A DNA stretch of 64,000 nt, from the NCBI GenBank assembly GCA_027013145.1, contig JALUXX010000011.1, positions 192,556 through 256,555 on the forward strand. The letters run 5' to 3'. Within the stretch, counting starts at the first letter, position 1; each line of letters starts with the position of its first letter. Shown here piece by piece: positions 22,058 to 30,871 of this stretch. Source of the stretch: Gammaproteobacteria bacterium (GTDB lineage: Bacteria; Pseudomonadota; Gammaproteobacteria; 21-64-14). The notes under the pieces are model-generated. The model saw nothing but the letters and a program-made list of their open reading frames with translations. It was not told where the DNA came from and ran no database searches. Position numbers and translations under genes: made by a program.

Positions 22058-24913
22058 ATGGGGGCGAAAATCCTTACCCACGACCGCTTCACCGGCGAAA
22101 TCGACCGCCGGCAGATCAAGCGGCGTTTCTACGCGATCAACCGCGAGCGCCTCCAGCGCCTGCGCGAGAGCCTGCGCCCGCGCCAGCGGCAGTTCCTCGA
22201 CATCCTGCCGCTCCTGTTCCACGTCAACCACCCGCTGCTCCCCGGCTACGTCTCCAAACGCACGCCGTTCGGCATCTCCGACTACTCGCCGGCCAAGCGC
22301 AGCGTCGAGGCGGCCCAGCGCCTGGCGCGCAGCTTCCACTATCTGAAGCGGGCGCTGCCGAGCTACCGCATCCACGCCCTCTACCTCATGGGCAGCAGCG
22401 GTACGATCGCCTACTCGGAGAAGAGCGACTTCGACGTCTGGGTCTGCCATCACCCGGGCCTGACGCGCCAGCAGCGCACCGAGTTGCGACGCAAGACCGA
22501 CCGGATCAGCGCCTGGGCGCGCGACCTCGAACTCGAGGTCCACTTCTTCGTGATGGACGCCGAGCGCTTCCGCGCCGGCGGCTGCGAGGCCCTGTCCACG
22601 GACAGCAGCGGCCGGATCCAACACCAGCTGCTGCTCGACGAGTTCTATCGCACCGGGCTGCTCCTCGCCGGGCGCTACCCGATCTGGTGGCTGGTGCCGC
22701 CGGAGGCCGAAGACCGCTACGACGAATACGTCCACGATCTCAAGCGCCGCCGGTTCGTGCGCGCGGGCGAGGATATCGATCTCGGCGGGCTGGCCGAAGT
22801 GCCCGCAGGCGAGTTTCTCGGCGCCTCGCTGTGGCAGCTCTACAAGGCCATCGACTCGCCCTACAAGTCCCTGCTCAAGATCCTGCTGATGGAGGTCTAC
22901 GCCAGCGAGTACCCGCATGTGGACCTGCTCAGCCTGCGCTTCAAGCGCGCCGTCTACGAGGGCGAGACCGATCTCGACCGGCTGGACCCCTACGTGATGC
23001 TTGAGGCCAAGGTCGAGGAGTACCTCGACGCGCGCGGCGACCGCGAACGCCTCGAGCTGGCGCGGCGCTGTTTCTACTTCAAGGTCAACGAGCGCCTCAG
23101 CGAACCCGATCTGCCGTCGCGATCCAACCGCCGGCGCGAGGTGATGCGCGCCCTGACGCGCGAATGGCATTGGGGGTCGGTCGAGCTGCACACGCTCGAT
23201 ACGCGCGGTTCGTGGAAGATCCATCGCGTCCTCGAGGAGCGGCGCGTGCTCGTCGATCAGCTCACGCGCAGCTACCAGGTGCTCTCCGACTTCGCCCGCG
23301 ATCACCGGCACGGGGCCTCGATCGACCCGCTGGATCTCAACACGCTCGGTCGCAAGCTCTATTCGTCCTTCGAGCGCAAGGCCGGAAAGGTGGATCTCAT
23401 CAATCCCGGCATCTCGCGCAACCTGGCCGAGGAGCGGCTGACCATCGTCCAGGAGGACGGCGGCCCCGACCAGTCGAAGTGGTTGTTGTTCCGCGACGAT
23501 CCGGGGGTCGCGGAGGCGCGCGGCGAGGGACCGCTGAAACGTGCCCACGGCCTGGTCGAGATCCTCGCCTGGTGCTACTTCAACCGCCTCATCAACCGCG
23601 GCACCGTGATCGGTCTGCAGACCCGCGATTGCGACGTGAGTTACGGGGAGCTGCACGGAATCCTCGACTGCTTCGAGCGCAGCTTCCCCGGCGCGCGGCT
23701 CGGCGACGCGCGTCTGGAGGAGCTGGCGCGTGCCCCACGGATCCTGCAGGCGCTGCTGATCATCAATCTCGGGACCGATCCGATGGCGCACCTGACGCGC
23801 CGCGGCATGCATCTGACCAGCAACCGCACCGACGCCCTGTGCTACGGGGGGCGTTGGGAGAACCTCGCCCTGAGCTTCGACCTCGTCGTGCTCACGAGCT
23901 GGCAGGAGGTGCTGACCTTCCGTTACACGGGCCCAAACGCGCTGCTCGACTGTCTGTGCGATTTCCTCGGCTGGGCCCCGCAGGGCGGTGGGAGCGTGCC
24001 GCGCGTCCCGGCGGCCTACAGCTTCTCCTCGACCCGCGGCCCGCTGATCGCGCAGCGCGTCGAGGGGCTGTTCCAGGACGTGATCAACTGCTTCTACGGA
24101 CTGTGCCGTTCGGACACGGCGCGCTTCATCGTACGCGTGGCGCACCGCTACTATCTGCTCGAGCCGGAGAACCACGTCCCGCGCCACCGCAACCTGTCCT
24201 CGCTCGAAGCGCTGATGGAGCGGCTCGCCGCGCCGCGCGAGGAATTCGGCCCCGTCCTGTTCGACCCGCAGACGCTGCGCGAGACGCCCCTCCCGCTGAT
24301 CTTTCAGGCCGCGCGCCCCGGCCTGGTGGCGTTCTACTACCACCTCGCCGGGGAGCACGCGGAGGTCTACGTCGTCGACGAGCGCGGGTCCCTGTTTCAT
24401 CAGTCCCTGGCGTTCTACGACGAGACCGCACTCCTCGCGCAGTTTCAGCGCTTCCTCGAATCGGTGCGGCACCGCCGCGCGCCGGCCGCGGACACCGCGA
24501 CGGCGCCCCGCGAGCGGGTCGAGTACTACCGGCTGGAGCATCGGGGAGCGGACCTCTGGATGGCGGAGCCCGCGCGGTTCGTGCGCGCCGCCCCGGACGC
24601 AGGCTACTTCGACGTCCAGGTCATCGCCCGCTCGGTGGGCCGGCAGGTGGACTACACGCTCTATTGCGATCACCGGGAGTTCTCCTCGCTCCAATACGGC
24701 GAGGATCTGTACACCGAGTTCGCCCGCCACGTCGTGGCGCGCCGTGAACAGGGCGGGCGCTACCCGATCTATGTCACGGACATCGATGTCTCGCGCGACG
24801 TCCTCGGCGCCGAGGTCCGCGGCGCGATCCAGACCGTCCACTACCTGAACTACAAGAAGCGTATCGAGGAGCGCCTGCGCCGCGCCCTCGACGAACTCGG
24901 GCCGGCGTCCTGA
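22058..24913 (+). CDS. cyaA: Class I adenylate cyclase
   Basis: LPLLFHVNHPLLPGYV, YLMGSSGTIAYSEKSDFDVW, LLDEFYRT, SLWQLYKAIDSPYKS. Confidence 0.95.
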   Translation: MGAKILTHDRFTGEIDRRQIKRRFYAINRERLQRLRESLRPRQRQFLDILPLLFHVNHPLLPGYVSKRTPFGISDYSPAKRSVEAAQRLARSFHYLKRALPSYRIHALYLMGSSGTIAYSEKSDFDVWVCHHPGLTRQQRTELRRKTDRISAWARDLELEVHFFVMDAERFRAGGCEALSTDSSGRIQHQLLLDEFYRTGLLLAGRYPIWWLVPPEAEDRYDEYVHDLKRRRFVRAGEDIDLGGLAEVPAGEFLGASLWQLYKAIDSPYKSLLKILLMEVYASEYPHVDLLSLRFKRAVYEGETDLDRLDPYVMLEAKVEEYLDARGDRERLELARRCFYFKVNERLSEPDLPSRSNRRREVMRALTREWHWGSVELHTLDTRGSWKIHRVLEERRVLVDQLTRSYQVLSDFARDHRHGASIDPLDLNTLGRKLYSSFERKAGKVDLINPGISRNLAEERLTIVQEDGGPDQSKWLLFRDDPGVAEARGEGPLKRAHGLVEILAWCYFNRLINRGTVIGLQTRDCDVSYGELHGILDCFERSFPGARLGDARLEELARAPRILQALLIINLGTDPMAHLTRRGMHLTSNRTDALCYGGRWENLALSFDLVVLTSWQEVLTFRYTGPNALLDCLCDFLGWAPQGGGSVPRVPAAYSFSSTRGPLIAQRVEGLFQDVINCFYGLCRSDTARFIVRVAHRYYLLEPENHVPRHRNLSSLEALMERLAAPREEFGPVLFDPQTLRETPLPLIFQAARPGLVAFYYHLAGEHAEVYVVDERGSLFHQSLAFYDETALLAQFQRFLESVRHRRAPAADTATAPRERVEYYRLEHRGADLWMAEPARFVRAAPDAGYFDVQVIARSVGRQVDYTLYCDHREFSSLQYGEDLYTEFARHVVARREQGGRYPIYVTDIDVSRDVLGAEVRGAIQTVHYLNYKKRIEERLRRALDELGPAS

Positions 24914-24923
24914 CCCCGCCCCG

Positions 24924-25610
24924 TCAGGGGCCCGCCAGGGCCTCCCCCAGCAGCCACGCGCGCAGATCCCGGACCTCCTCGGGGCATACCGTATGGCCCA
25001 TGTCGTAGAGATGCCACTGCGGTGCGTAGCCGAGTTCGCGCAGCCGCCGGCACGAGCGCTCGGCGATCTCCGGGGCGATGACCGGATCGGCGCCGCCGTG
25101 GGCCACGAACAGGGGCAGGTCGCGGTTCGCCGCGGCGGCCTCGGCATCCAGGCGCCCGGCGAGAGGCAGGTAGGCGGATAGGACCGCGGCCCCGGCAAGC
25201 CGCTCGGGGTGACGCAACGCGCTGTACAGGGCCAGCGCCCCGCCCTGCGAGAACCCGCCGAGCACGATGCGCCCGGCCGGCACGCCGCGGTCGATCTCAC
25301 GCTCGATCAGCGCGCGTACGATGCGCCCCGCCGCGACGATCCCCGCCTCGTCCTCGCGCCACCCGGGGCCGGGGAGGGCGAGGTCGTACCAGGCGCGCAT
25401 GCGTGCGCCGCCGTTCAGCGTGACGGGGCGGACCGGCGCGTGGGGAAACACGAAGCGGATGACGGGCGCCGGGGGGAGGCGCAACTGCCCGACCAGGGGC
25501 TCGAAGTCGTGCCCGTCGGCGCCGAGCCCGTGCAGCCAGATCACCGCGGCGTCTGCGGCACCCGACGCGCCGCGCTCCACGCACTCGGGCAATGCGGTGC
25601 CGCCGCTCAT
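24924..25610 (-). CDS. Phospholipase/carboxylesterase (alpha/beta hydrolase)
   Basis: WLHGLGADG, GFSQGGA nucleophile elbow, HGGADPV, MGH. Confidence 0.92.
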   Translation of the reverse strand: MSGGTALPECVERGASGAADAAVIWLHGLGADGHDFEPLVGQLRLPPAPVIRFVFPHAPVRPVTLNGGARMRAWYDLALPGPGWREDEAGIVAAGRIVRALIEREIDRGVPAGRIVLGGFSQGGALALYSALRHPERLAGAAVLSAYLPLAGRLDAEAAAANRDLPLFVAHGGADPVIAPEIAERSCRRLRELGYAPQWHLYDMGHTVCPEEVRDLRAWLLGEALAGP

Positions 25611-25717
25611 CGCGCCGCCGCCTCCGGCGCCGCGGCCGCGGTGACCGGCGACGGCGGGTTCCCTGTTATACTCGCACGCATCGCAAGCCTGCGGACCCCG
25701 TCACGCCTCCCGACCGA

Positions 25718-25897
25718 ATGGGCATTCTGCCACGAACGGCCTTGGTAGTGGTCCTCGCCGGTCCGGCCCTCGGCGGCTGCGGCCAGAAGGGGCCGCTCTA
25801 CCTGCCGCCACCGGCGGCGCCGAAGTCCTCGGCCCCGGCGAAGCCGCGCCCGGACGACGGCGGGCGGAAACCCGCCGCCGCCCCGCAGGCCCCCTGA
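25718..25897 (+). CDS. Small lipoprotein (YifL/LptM-like)
   Basis: Lipobox followed by CGQKGPLYLP; canonical position upstream of lysA. Confidence 0.85.
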   Translation: MGILPRTALVVVLAGPALGGCGQKGPLYLPPPAAPKSSAPAKPRPDDGGRKPAAAPQAP

Positions 25898-25923
25898 GAC
25901 CGGCGGCCCGGGATTCGACCTCC

Positions 25924-27174
25924 ATGGATCACTTCCGCTACCGCGACGGCCGGCTGTTCGCCGAGGACGTCGATCTCGAGGCGGTCGCCGCCGCCCACGG
26001 TACACCGTGCTACGTCTACTCGCGCGCCACCCTCGAGCGCCACTGGCGCGCCTTCGACGCCGCCCTCGCCGGGCGCCGGCATCTGGTCTGCTACGCGGTC
26101 AAGGCCAACGGCAACCTGGCGCTGCTGGACGTACTCGCGCGCCTGGGTTCCGGCTTCGACATCGTGTCCGTGGGCGAACTGGAACGGGTGTTGCGCGCGG
26201 GGGGCGCGGCCGGGAAGACGGTGTTCTCCGGCGTCGGCAAGCGCGCCGACGAGATGCGCCGGGCGCTGGAAGCGGGCATCCACTGCTTCAACGTGGAGTC
26301 CGAGGCCGAACTCGAACGCCTCGACGCCGTGGCCGGCGAGGTGGGGGTGCGCGCACCGGTCTCGTTGCGGGTGAACCCCGATGTCGACGCCCGCACCCAC
26401 CCCTACATCGCCACCGGTCTCAAGGAGAACAAGTTCGGCGTCGACCCCGAAACCGCCCTCGCCCTGTACCGGCGCGCGGCCGACATGGCACACGTGGAGG
26501 TGCGCGGGGTGGACTGTCACATCGGCTCGCAGCTCACCGACACCGGGCCGTTCGTCGCCGCCCTCGAGCGCGTGCTCGGCCTCGTCCACACCCTGCGCGA
26601 CGAGGGGATCGACGTCGCGCATCTCGACCTCGGCGGCGGGCTCGGCGTGCGTTACCGCGACGAGTGCCCGCCGTCGCCGGAACAGTACGCGGCGGCGCTG
26701 GCGCCGGTGCTGGCGGGCGAGGATCTGGAGATCCTGATCGAGCCCGGCCGGGCGCTGGTGGCCAACGCCGGCGTGCTGCTCACGCGGGTGGAATACCTCA
26801 AGCACGGCGCGGCGCGCGACTTCGTGGTGGTCGATGCGGCCATGAACGACCTCCTGCGCCCGGCGCTCTACGGCGCCTGGCACGAAATCCAGCCGGTGCG
26901 CCCGCGGCCGGACGAGCGCGCCCGGGTCTACGACGTGGTCGGCGCGATCTGCGAGACGGGGGACTTTCTCGGCAAGGAGCGTGCGCTCGCCGTGCGCGCC
27001 GGCGACCTGCTGGCCGTCCGCGGCGCGGGCGCGTACGGCTTTTCGATGAGTTCCAACTACAATGCACGCCCGCGTGCGGCCGAGGTGTTGGTCGACGGCG
27101 GGCGCGTGCGACTGGCACGGCGGCGCGAGAGCATCGAGGACCTGATGCGGGGGGAGTCCCGACTCGATCCCTGA
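25924..27174 (+). CDS. lysA: Diaminopimelate decarboxylase
   Basis: YAVKAN, HIGSQL, DLGGGLG, EPGR, ICETGD, SSNYN. Confidence 0.97.
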   Translation: MDHFRYRDGRLFAEDVDLEAVAAAHGTPCYVYSRATLERHWRAFDAALAGRRHLVCYAVKANGNLALLDVLARLGSGFDIVSVGELERVLRAGGAAGKTVFSGVGKRADEMRRALEAGIHCFNVESEAELERLDAVAGEVGVRAPVSLRVNPDVDARTHPYIATGLKENKFGVDPETALALYRRAADMAHVEVRGVDCHIGSQLTDTGPFVAALERVLGLVHTLRDEGIDVAHLDLGGGLGVRYRDECPPSPEQYAAALAPVLAGEDLEILIEPGRALVANAGVLLTRVEYLKHGAARDFVVVDAAMNDLLRPALYGAWHEIQPVRPRPDERARVYDVVGAICETGDFLGKERALAVRAGDLLAVRGAGAYGFSMSSNYNARPRAAEVLVDGGRVRLARRRESIEDLMRGESRLDP

Positions 27175-27227
27175 GAGACGGCGTGCGGCACCCGAAAGGA
27201 CCCGCCGTCGTTACCGGAACGAAGGGA

Positions 27228-27255
27228 GGAGGGCGGCCGCGGGCGGCCGCCCTCC
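27228..27255. terminator. GC hairpin between convergent lysA and the repeat-protein gene
   Basis: GGAGGGCGGCCGC-GG-GCGGCCGCCCTCC perfect 13-bp inverted repeat; no clear U-tract. Confidence 0.5.
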
Positions 27256-27267
27256 GGAGGGGGTCGA

Positions 27268-27786
27268 TCAGTCGACCTCGGGGCGATTCACCTCGGGCCG
27301 GTCGATCTCCGGGCGCTGAATCTCCGGGCGCTGGATCTCGGGCTTCTCGATTTCCGGCTTTTCGATTTCCGGCTTCTCGATCTCGGGCCGGTCGACGTGC
27401 GGCCGGTCGACATCCGGTTTGTCCACGTCGGGCTTGTCCACGTCGGGCTTGTCGACGTCGGGCTTGTCGACGTGCGGCCGGTCGATATCGGGCCCCCGGT
27501 GTTCGGGGCGATGCAGTTCGACCTCGCTCTGCGCCCTCGGGTTGCCGGGGACGGCGGCGGTGGCCGGCGCGCCCGGTCCGTTGGACACCGCCGGGGTGGC
27601 CGCCATCGATCCGTCCATCGCGGCGCTCGCCGAGTCGTCACCCACGGTGGCGCCGGTCGTGCCCTGCACCTGGACGTCGACTCCGGCGGATGCGGGGGCG
27701 GCGGTGGCCGTCGCGCCCAGGGACAGCCCGAGCGCGAGCGCCGAGGCCGCGGAAATCAGGAAACCTGCTCTCTTCGTGTGCTTCAT
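27268..27786 (-). CDS. Small secreted protein with C-terminal pentapeptide repeats
   Basis: Sec-type signal peptide (MKHTKRAGFLISAASALALGLSLGATATA), GAGGAGG SD, Ala/Gly linker, then 14 [DEH][IV]x[RK]P units. Confidence 0.85.
   Translation of the reverse strand: MKHTKRAGFLISAASALALGLSLGATATAAPASAGVDVQVQGTTGATVGDDSASAAMDGSMAATPAVSNGPGAPATAAVPGNPRAQSEVELHRPEHRGPDIDRPHVDKPDVDKPDVDKPDVDKPDVDRPHVDRPEIEKPEIEKPEIEKPEIQRPEIQRPEIDRPEVNRPEVD
27280..27489 (-). repeat. 15-bp coding tandem repeat x14 (DIDRP...EVNRP)
   Basis: Counted in translation: DIDRP HVDKP DVDKP x3 DVDRP HVDRP EIEKP x3 EIQRP x2 EIDRP EVNRP. Confidence 0.9.
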
Positions 27787-27815
27787 TGCCGTTACCTCCT
27801 CGTAGAGCGGTACGC

Positions 27816-28598
27816 TCAGAACCGGAGATGAGCGCCGACGCCGACGCCGTAGTCGGGACTGCCGCTGCTCAACCCCAGATCACCGAAGACCTGGAACCCG
27901 GTACCGGGCCGCAGATCGTAGTTCCACGCGGCGATCGCATCGGAGGCCGCCGCGAATCCGGCCTGCTCGGACTGATGGCCGGAGTACATCAGGGTCAGGA
28001 ACTGCCCCGGGACCACTCTCAGGCTGGCGCCGACCTCATAGGTGACGATGTTGCGCAGCGGGAGGTTGGGCGGGGATCCGACGACGCGGTAGCCGATCTG
28101 CCCGAACGGAAACAGGCCGGTACCGATCACGGTATCGGCCTCGAGGCCGAATTCGTAGTCGTTCTCGCCGGTCCCCAGGCCCTTGCTGCGTGAGGCGGTG
28201 GCGAACTTGATCTTCGTGTAGGGCGCCAGATCCGGCATCGCGCCGCGCCCGTGCAGCGTGTACTTGCCTTCCAGCCACAGGTCGCCCAGGCCGCTTTCGG
28301 TGCGCGACGAACCGCTCCCGGTCTTGCCGACGACGGTGCCCCCGGAGACCAGGGCGCCGCTGCTCTTGACTGCGATATAGGGCACGGTGAGCTTGAGTTC
28401 CGCGTTCCCGTCGTGGTAGCGGATATAGGTGGGGACGTACCAGATCTGGATGTTTCCGGGGGTGCCGAAACCGCCTTCGAAATAGGACGGCTGCACGCCC
28501 ACCGTGACCTGCGGTTGGGCCGCCAAGGACTGCGGCCCCCAGCCGGCTCCCGCGCCCGCCAGTACCAATGCCACCGCCACCCGCGCCGCTCGACGCAT
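27816..28598 (-). CDS. Outer-membrane beta-barrel (COG4313/'phenol MetA pathway' transporter-like)
   Basis: Signal peptide, alternating aromatic beta strands, SGLGDLWLEGKY and GLGTGENDY motifs, C-terminal Phe (GVGAHLRF). AAAGGAG SD. Confidence 0.75.
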   Translation of the reverse strand: MRRAARVAVALVLAGAGAGWGPQSLAAQPQVTVGVQPSYFEGGFGTPGNIQIWYVPTYIRYHDGNAELKLTVPYIAVKSSGALVSGGTVVGKTGSGSSRTESGLGDLWLEGKYTLHGRGAMPDLAPYTKIKFATASRSKGLGTGENDYEFGLEADTVIGTGLFPFGQIGYRVVGSPPNLPLRNIVTYEVGASLRVVPGQFLTLMYSGHQSEQAGFAAASDAIAAWNYDLRPGTGFQVFGDLGLSSGSPDYGVGVGAHLRF

Positions 28599-28667
28599 TC
28601 GCCTCTCCTTTCTGCCGGTGGATCCGCCCCGGGGGTGATATCCGCCCCGGGCCAGGCCCTGTATTGC

Positions 28668-28684
28668 GTGGAATTTTATCCCAT
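28668..28684. promoter_or_regulatory. Putative operator copy 2 (GTGGAA-TTTTA-TCCCAT)
   Basis: Imperfect copy of the palindrome at 28743-28761; contains a minus-strand TAAAAT -10-like hexamer. Confidence 0.55.
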
Positions 28685-28704
28685 TCCAAAACTGGAGTGT
28701 CGCC

Positions 28705-28733
28705 TTTACACTACAGTCTGGTTACGCTACGAT
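28705..28733 (+). promoter_or_regulatory. Sigma70-type promoter for the DUF6502-DUF5666 genes
   Basis: TTTACA-N17-TACGAT in an AT-rich intergenic gap. Confidence 0.65.
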
Positions 28734-28742
28734 GGAAATCGT

Positions 28743-28761
28743 AGTGGGATTTTTTCCCACT
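28743..28761. promoter_or_regulatory. Putative operator copy 1 (AGTGGGA-TTTTT-TCCCACT)
   Basis: Perfect 7-bp inverted repeat with a 5-bp spacer, just downstream of the predicted transcription start. Confidence 0.65.
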
Positions 28762-28822
28762 GTCAAATGACGGTTCCGTTTCTGTGACCCGGGTCACGAT
28801 CCGGGTCGCGCTGGAGTCGAAG

Positions 28823-29656
28823 ATGGCGGGCAACCCGCTTCAGACCGCGCTGATCGGCCTGCTGCGCCCCCTGGTGCGGTATCTGATCGGGCACGGCTGG
28901 CACTACCCGGCGCTGTGTGCCTTGCTCAAGGGCCTCTATGTCGCGGAAGCCGCCGCCCTCGACGCCGGCGCGGCCCGCGCGACCGACAGCCGCCTGAGTC
29001 TGCTGACGGGTATCCACCGCCGCGAGGTCAAGCGCCTGCGCAAAGTGTGGGAGGGCGCCGCGACCCCGCCCGCGCCCGCACCGGCCGCGAACCTCGCCGC
29101 GCGGGTGGTCGCCACCTGGGCTTCGGCGCCGGAGTACCTCGACGCCGACGGGGCCCCGAGAGAACTCCCGCTGCGCGAGGCGGGCGCGGGTCCCTCCTTC
29201 GAGGGGCTCGTGCGCGGCGTGACCGCGGACGTGCGCGCGCGCTCGGTGCTGGACGAGCTCGTGCGCGTCGGCGCGGCCGAAGAGACTCCCCGGGGCGTGC
29301 GCCTGCGGCGCACGGCCTACGTCTCGCCGCTCCCGGAGGAGAAGCTCGAGTTCCTCGCCGCCAATGTCGGCGACCACCTGCGCAGCGCGCTGCACAATCT
29401 GACCCACCCGGACCGCCCCTATCTGGAGCGTGCCCTGTATCATGATTCGATCCCCGCCGCGGAACTCGACCGGCTGCGCCCCGAACTGGTCCGGCTCGCG
29501 GAGCCGGTGCTGCGCGCGGCCAACCGGCGCCTGATCGACGCGACGACGGTCGGGACCGAGAGTCCGCGGGCGCCGCGCCGGCGCCTGCGACTGGGGATCT
29601 ACTACTACGAGGAGGACAGCGGTGGCCCTGGGACCCCCCCCGACCGTGGAAACTGA
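28823..29656 (+). CDS. DUF6502-like protein with putative HTH
   Basis: LLRPLVRYLI, TDSRLSLLTGIHRREVKRLR (HTH-like), PSFEGLVRGV..DVRARSVLDEL, LERALYHD, RLGIYYYEE. GGAG SD before ATG 28823. Confidence 0.8.
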   Translation: MAGNPLQTALIGLLRPLVRYLIGHGWHYPALCALLKGLYVAEAAALDAGAARATDSRLSLLTGIHRREVKRLRKVWEGAATPPAPAPAANLAARVVATWASAPEYLDADGAPRELPLREAGAGPSFEGLVRGVTADVRARSVLDELVRVGAAEETPRGVRLRRTAYVSPLPEEKLEFLAANVGDHLRSALHNLTHPDRPYLERALYHDSIPAAELDRLRPELVRLAEPVLRAANRRLIDATTVGTESPRAPRRRLRLGIYYYEEDSGGPGTPPDRGN

Positions 29657-29663
29657 GGCGGGC

Positions 29664-30851
29664 ATGCGCCGCGCGCGTCGGCGCCGGCGCACCGGCGTTT
29701 CGCTGCGCCTGCTGCCGGTGCTGCTGCTCGCCGCCCTCGCCGGTCCCCTGTCGCTGGGGGCCCCCGGCGGCGGTATCGGCGGCACCGGTATCACCGGGTT
29801 CGGGCCGATCCAGGGCTTCGGCAGCATCTTCGTGAACGGCCGCGAGTACTTCCTCGGGCCGCGTACCCGCTACACCGTCGACGGGCACCCGGCCGGGCGC
29901 ACTGCACTCCGCGTCGGCGATACGGTGGTCGTGCGCGGGACCGGCGCGCCGGGGCGGCGCACCGGCCGCGCCGCCGCGGTCGCGGTGCGCCACCCGCTGG
30001 TCGGGCCGGTGCAGGCGCTCGCGCCCGACGGCCGCGGCATCGTCGTATTCGGTCAGCGCGTGCGCATCCCCGCCGGGACGCCGGTGGCCAGTGCCGGCGG
30101 TGATCCGGTCACCCTGCGGCGCGGCGACTGGGTGGCGGTGAGCGCCCTCGGCGACGGGCGCGGGCGCTGGGTGGCCACGCGCGTCGCGGTGCGTCATCGC
30201 GCCGGGGCCGCCCCCGCCGGGGTGCGGGCGGTCCTCGAAGGCCGGGTGACGGCGGCGGGCCCCGGCGGCGTCCTGCAGGTGGGGGCCCAACCGGTGCGTC
30301 TGCGCGGGGGGCCGATGCCGGCGCGCGGCGCGGCGGTGCGTATCGTCGGGCGCTACCGCGCCGGCGTGATCGTGGCCGCGCGGGCGCTCCCGGAGCGGCC
30401 CGACCTCGGCGGTCGCGGGCGCTACGTGGAGATGGCGGGGTATCCCACGATGAGCGCGAACGGAACGCTGCACAGCAACGGTGTCGTCCTGCGTCCGGTC
30501 ACGCGCCTCGCCGCGCCCGAACGCGCCGAGCTGCACCGCGACCGGCCGCTGGTGTTCGCCGGGCGGATCGGGGCCGACGGCGCCCTCGACCTGCTGCGCG
30601 TCGAGCCGCCGCGGGCACCGTCGCGCCCGCACGCCGAGCGCGGCGGGGCGGAGCACGGGGCGCAGGTCGAACGCCCCGAGGGCGCCCACACGGAGGGCGG
30701 GAAACCCGAGATCGAGCGGCCCGAAATCCGCAAGCCGGAGATCGAGCCGCCCGAAATCCAGCGGCCCCAGATCGAACGCCCCCAGATCGAGCGGCCCCAG
30801 ATCGAGCGGCCGGAAATCCAGCATCCAGAGATCGAGATGCCGGGCCATTGA
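29664..30851 (+). CDS. DUF5666-like exported protein with C-terminal pentapeptide repeats
   Basis: Basic plus hydrophobic signal, GGGIGGTGITGFGPIQGFGSIFVNG hallmark, repeated small beta domains, EIERP-type tail. Confidence 0.8.
   Translation: MRRARRRRRTGVSLRLLPVLLLAALAGPLSLGAPGGGIGGTGITGFGPIQGFGSIFVNGREYFLGPRTRYTVDGHPAGRTALRVGDTVVVRGTGAPGRRTGRAAAVAVRHPLVGPVQALAPDGRGIVVFGQRVRIPAGTPVASAGGDPVTLRRGDWVAVSALGDGRGRWVATRVAVRHRAGAAPAGVRAVLEGRVTAAGPGGVLQVGAQPVRLRGGPMPARGAAVRIVGRYRAGVIVAARALPERPDLGGRGRYVEMAGYPTMSANGTLHSNGVVLRPVTRLAAPERAELHRDRPLVFAGRIGADGALDLLRVEPPRAPSRPHAERGGAEHGAQVERPEGAHTEGGKPEIERPEIRKPEIEPPEIQRPQIERPQIERPQIERPEIQHPEIEMPGH
30708..30842 (+). repeat. 15-bp coding tandem repeat x9 (EIERP...EIEMP)
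   Basis: EIERP EIRKP EIEPP EIQRP QIERP x3 EIQHP EIEMP; 135 nt. Confidence 0.9.
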
Positions 30852-30871
30852 GCCGCCGGGATCGCGCCGCG

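Noticed and set aside
21800..25300. 1166-aa minus-strand ORF (likewise 51320..54640, 55160..58573, 7548..9965, 4785..7052)
   Set aside because: Antisense shadows of cyaA, msh, ubiD and prlC caused by high GC3; no recognisable motifs.
27280..27489. Possible CRISPR-like array
   Set aside because: Contiguous 15-bp in-frame coding units with no spacers and no cas genes.
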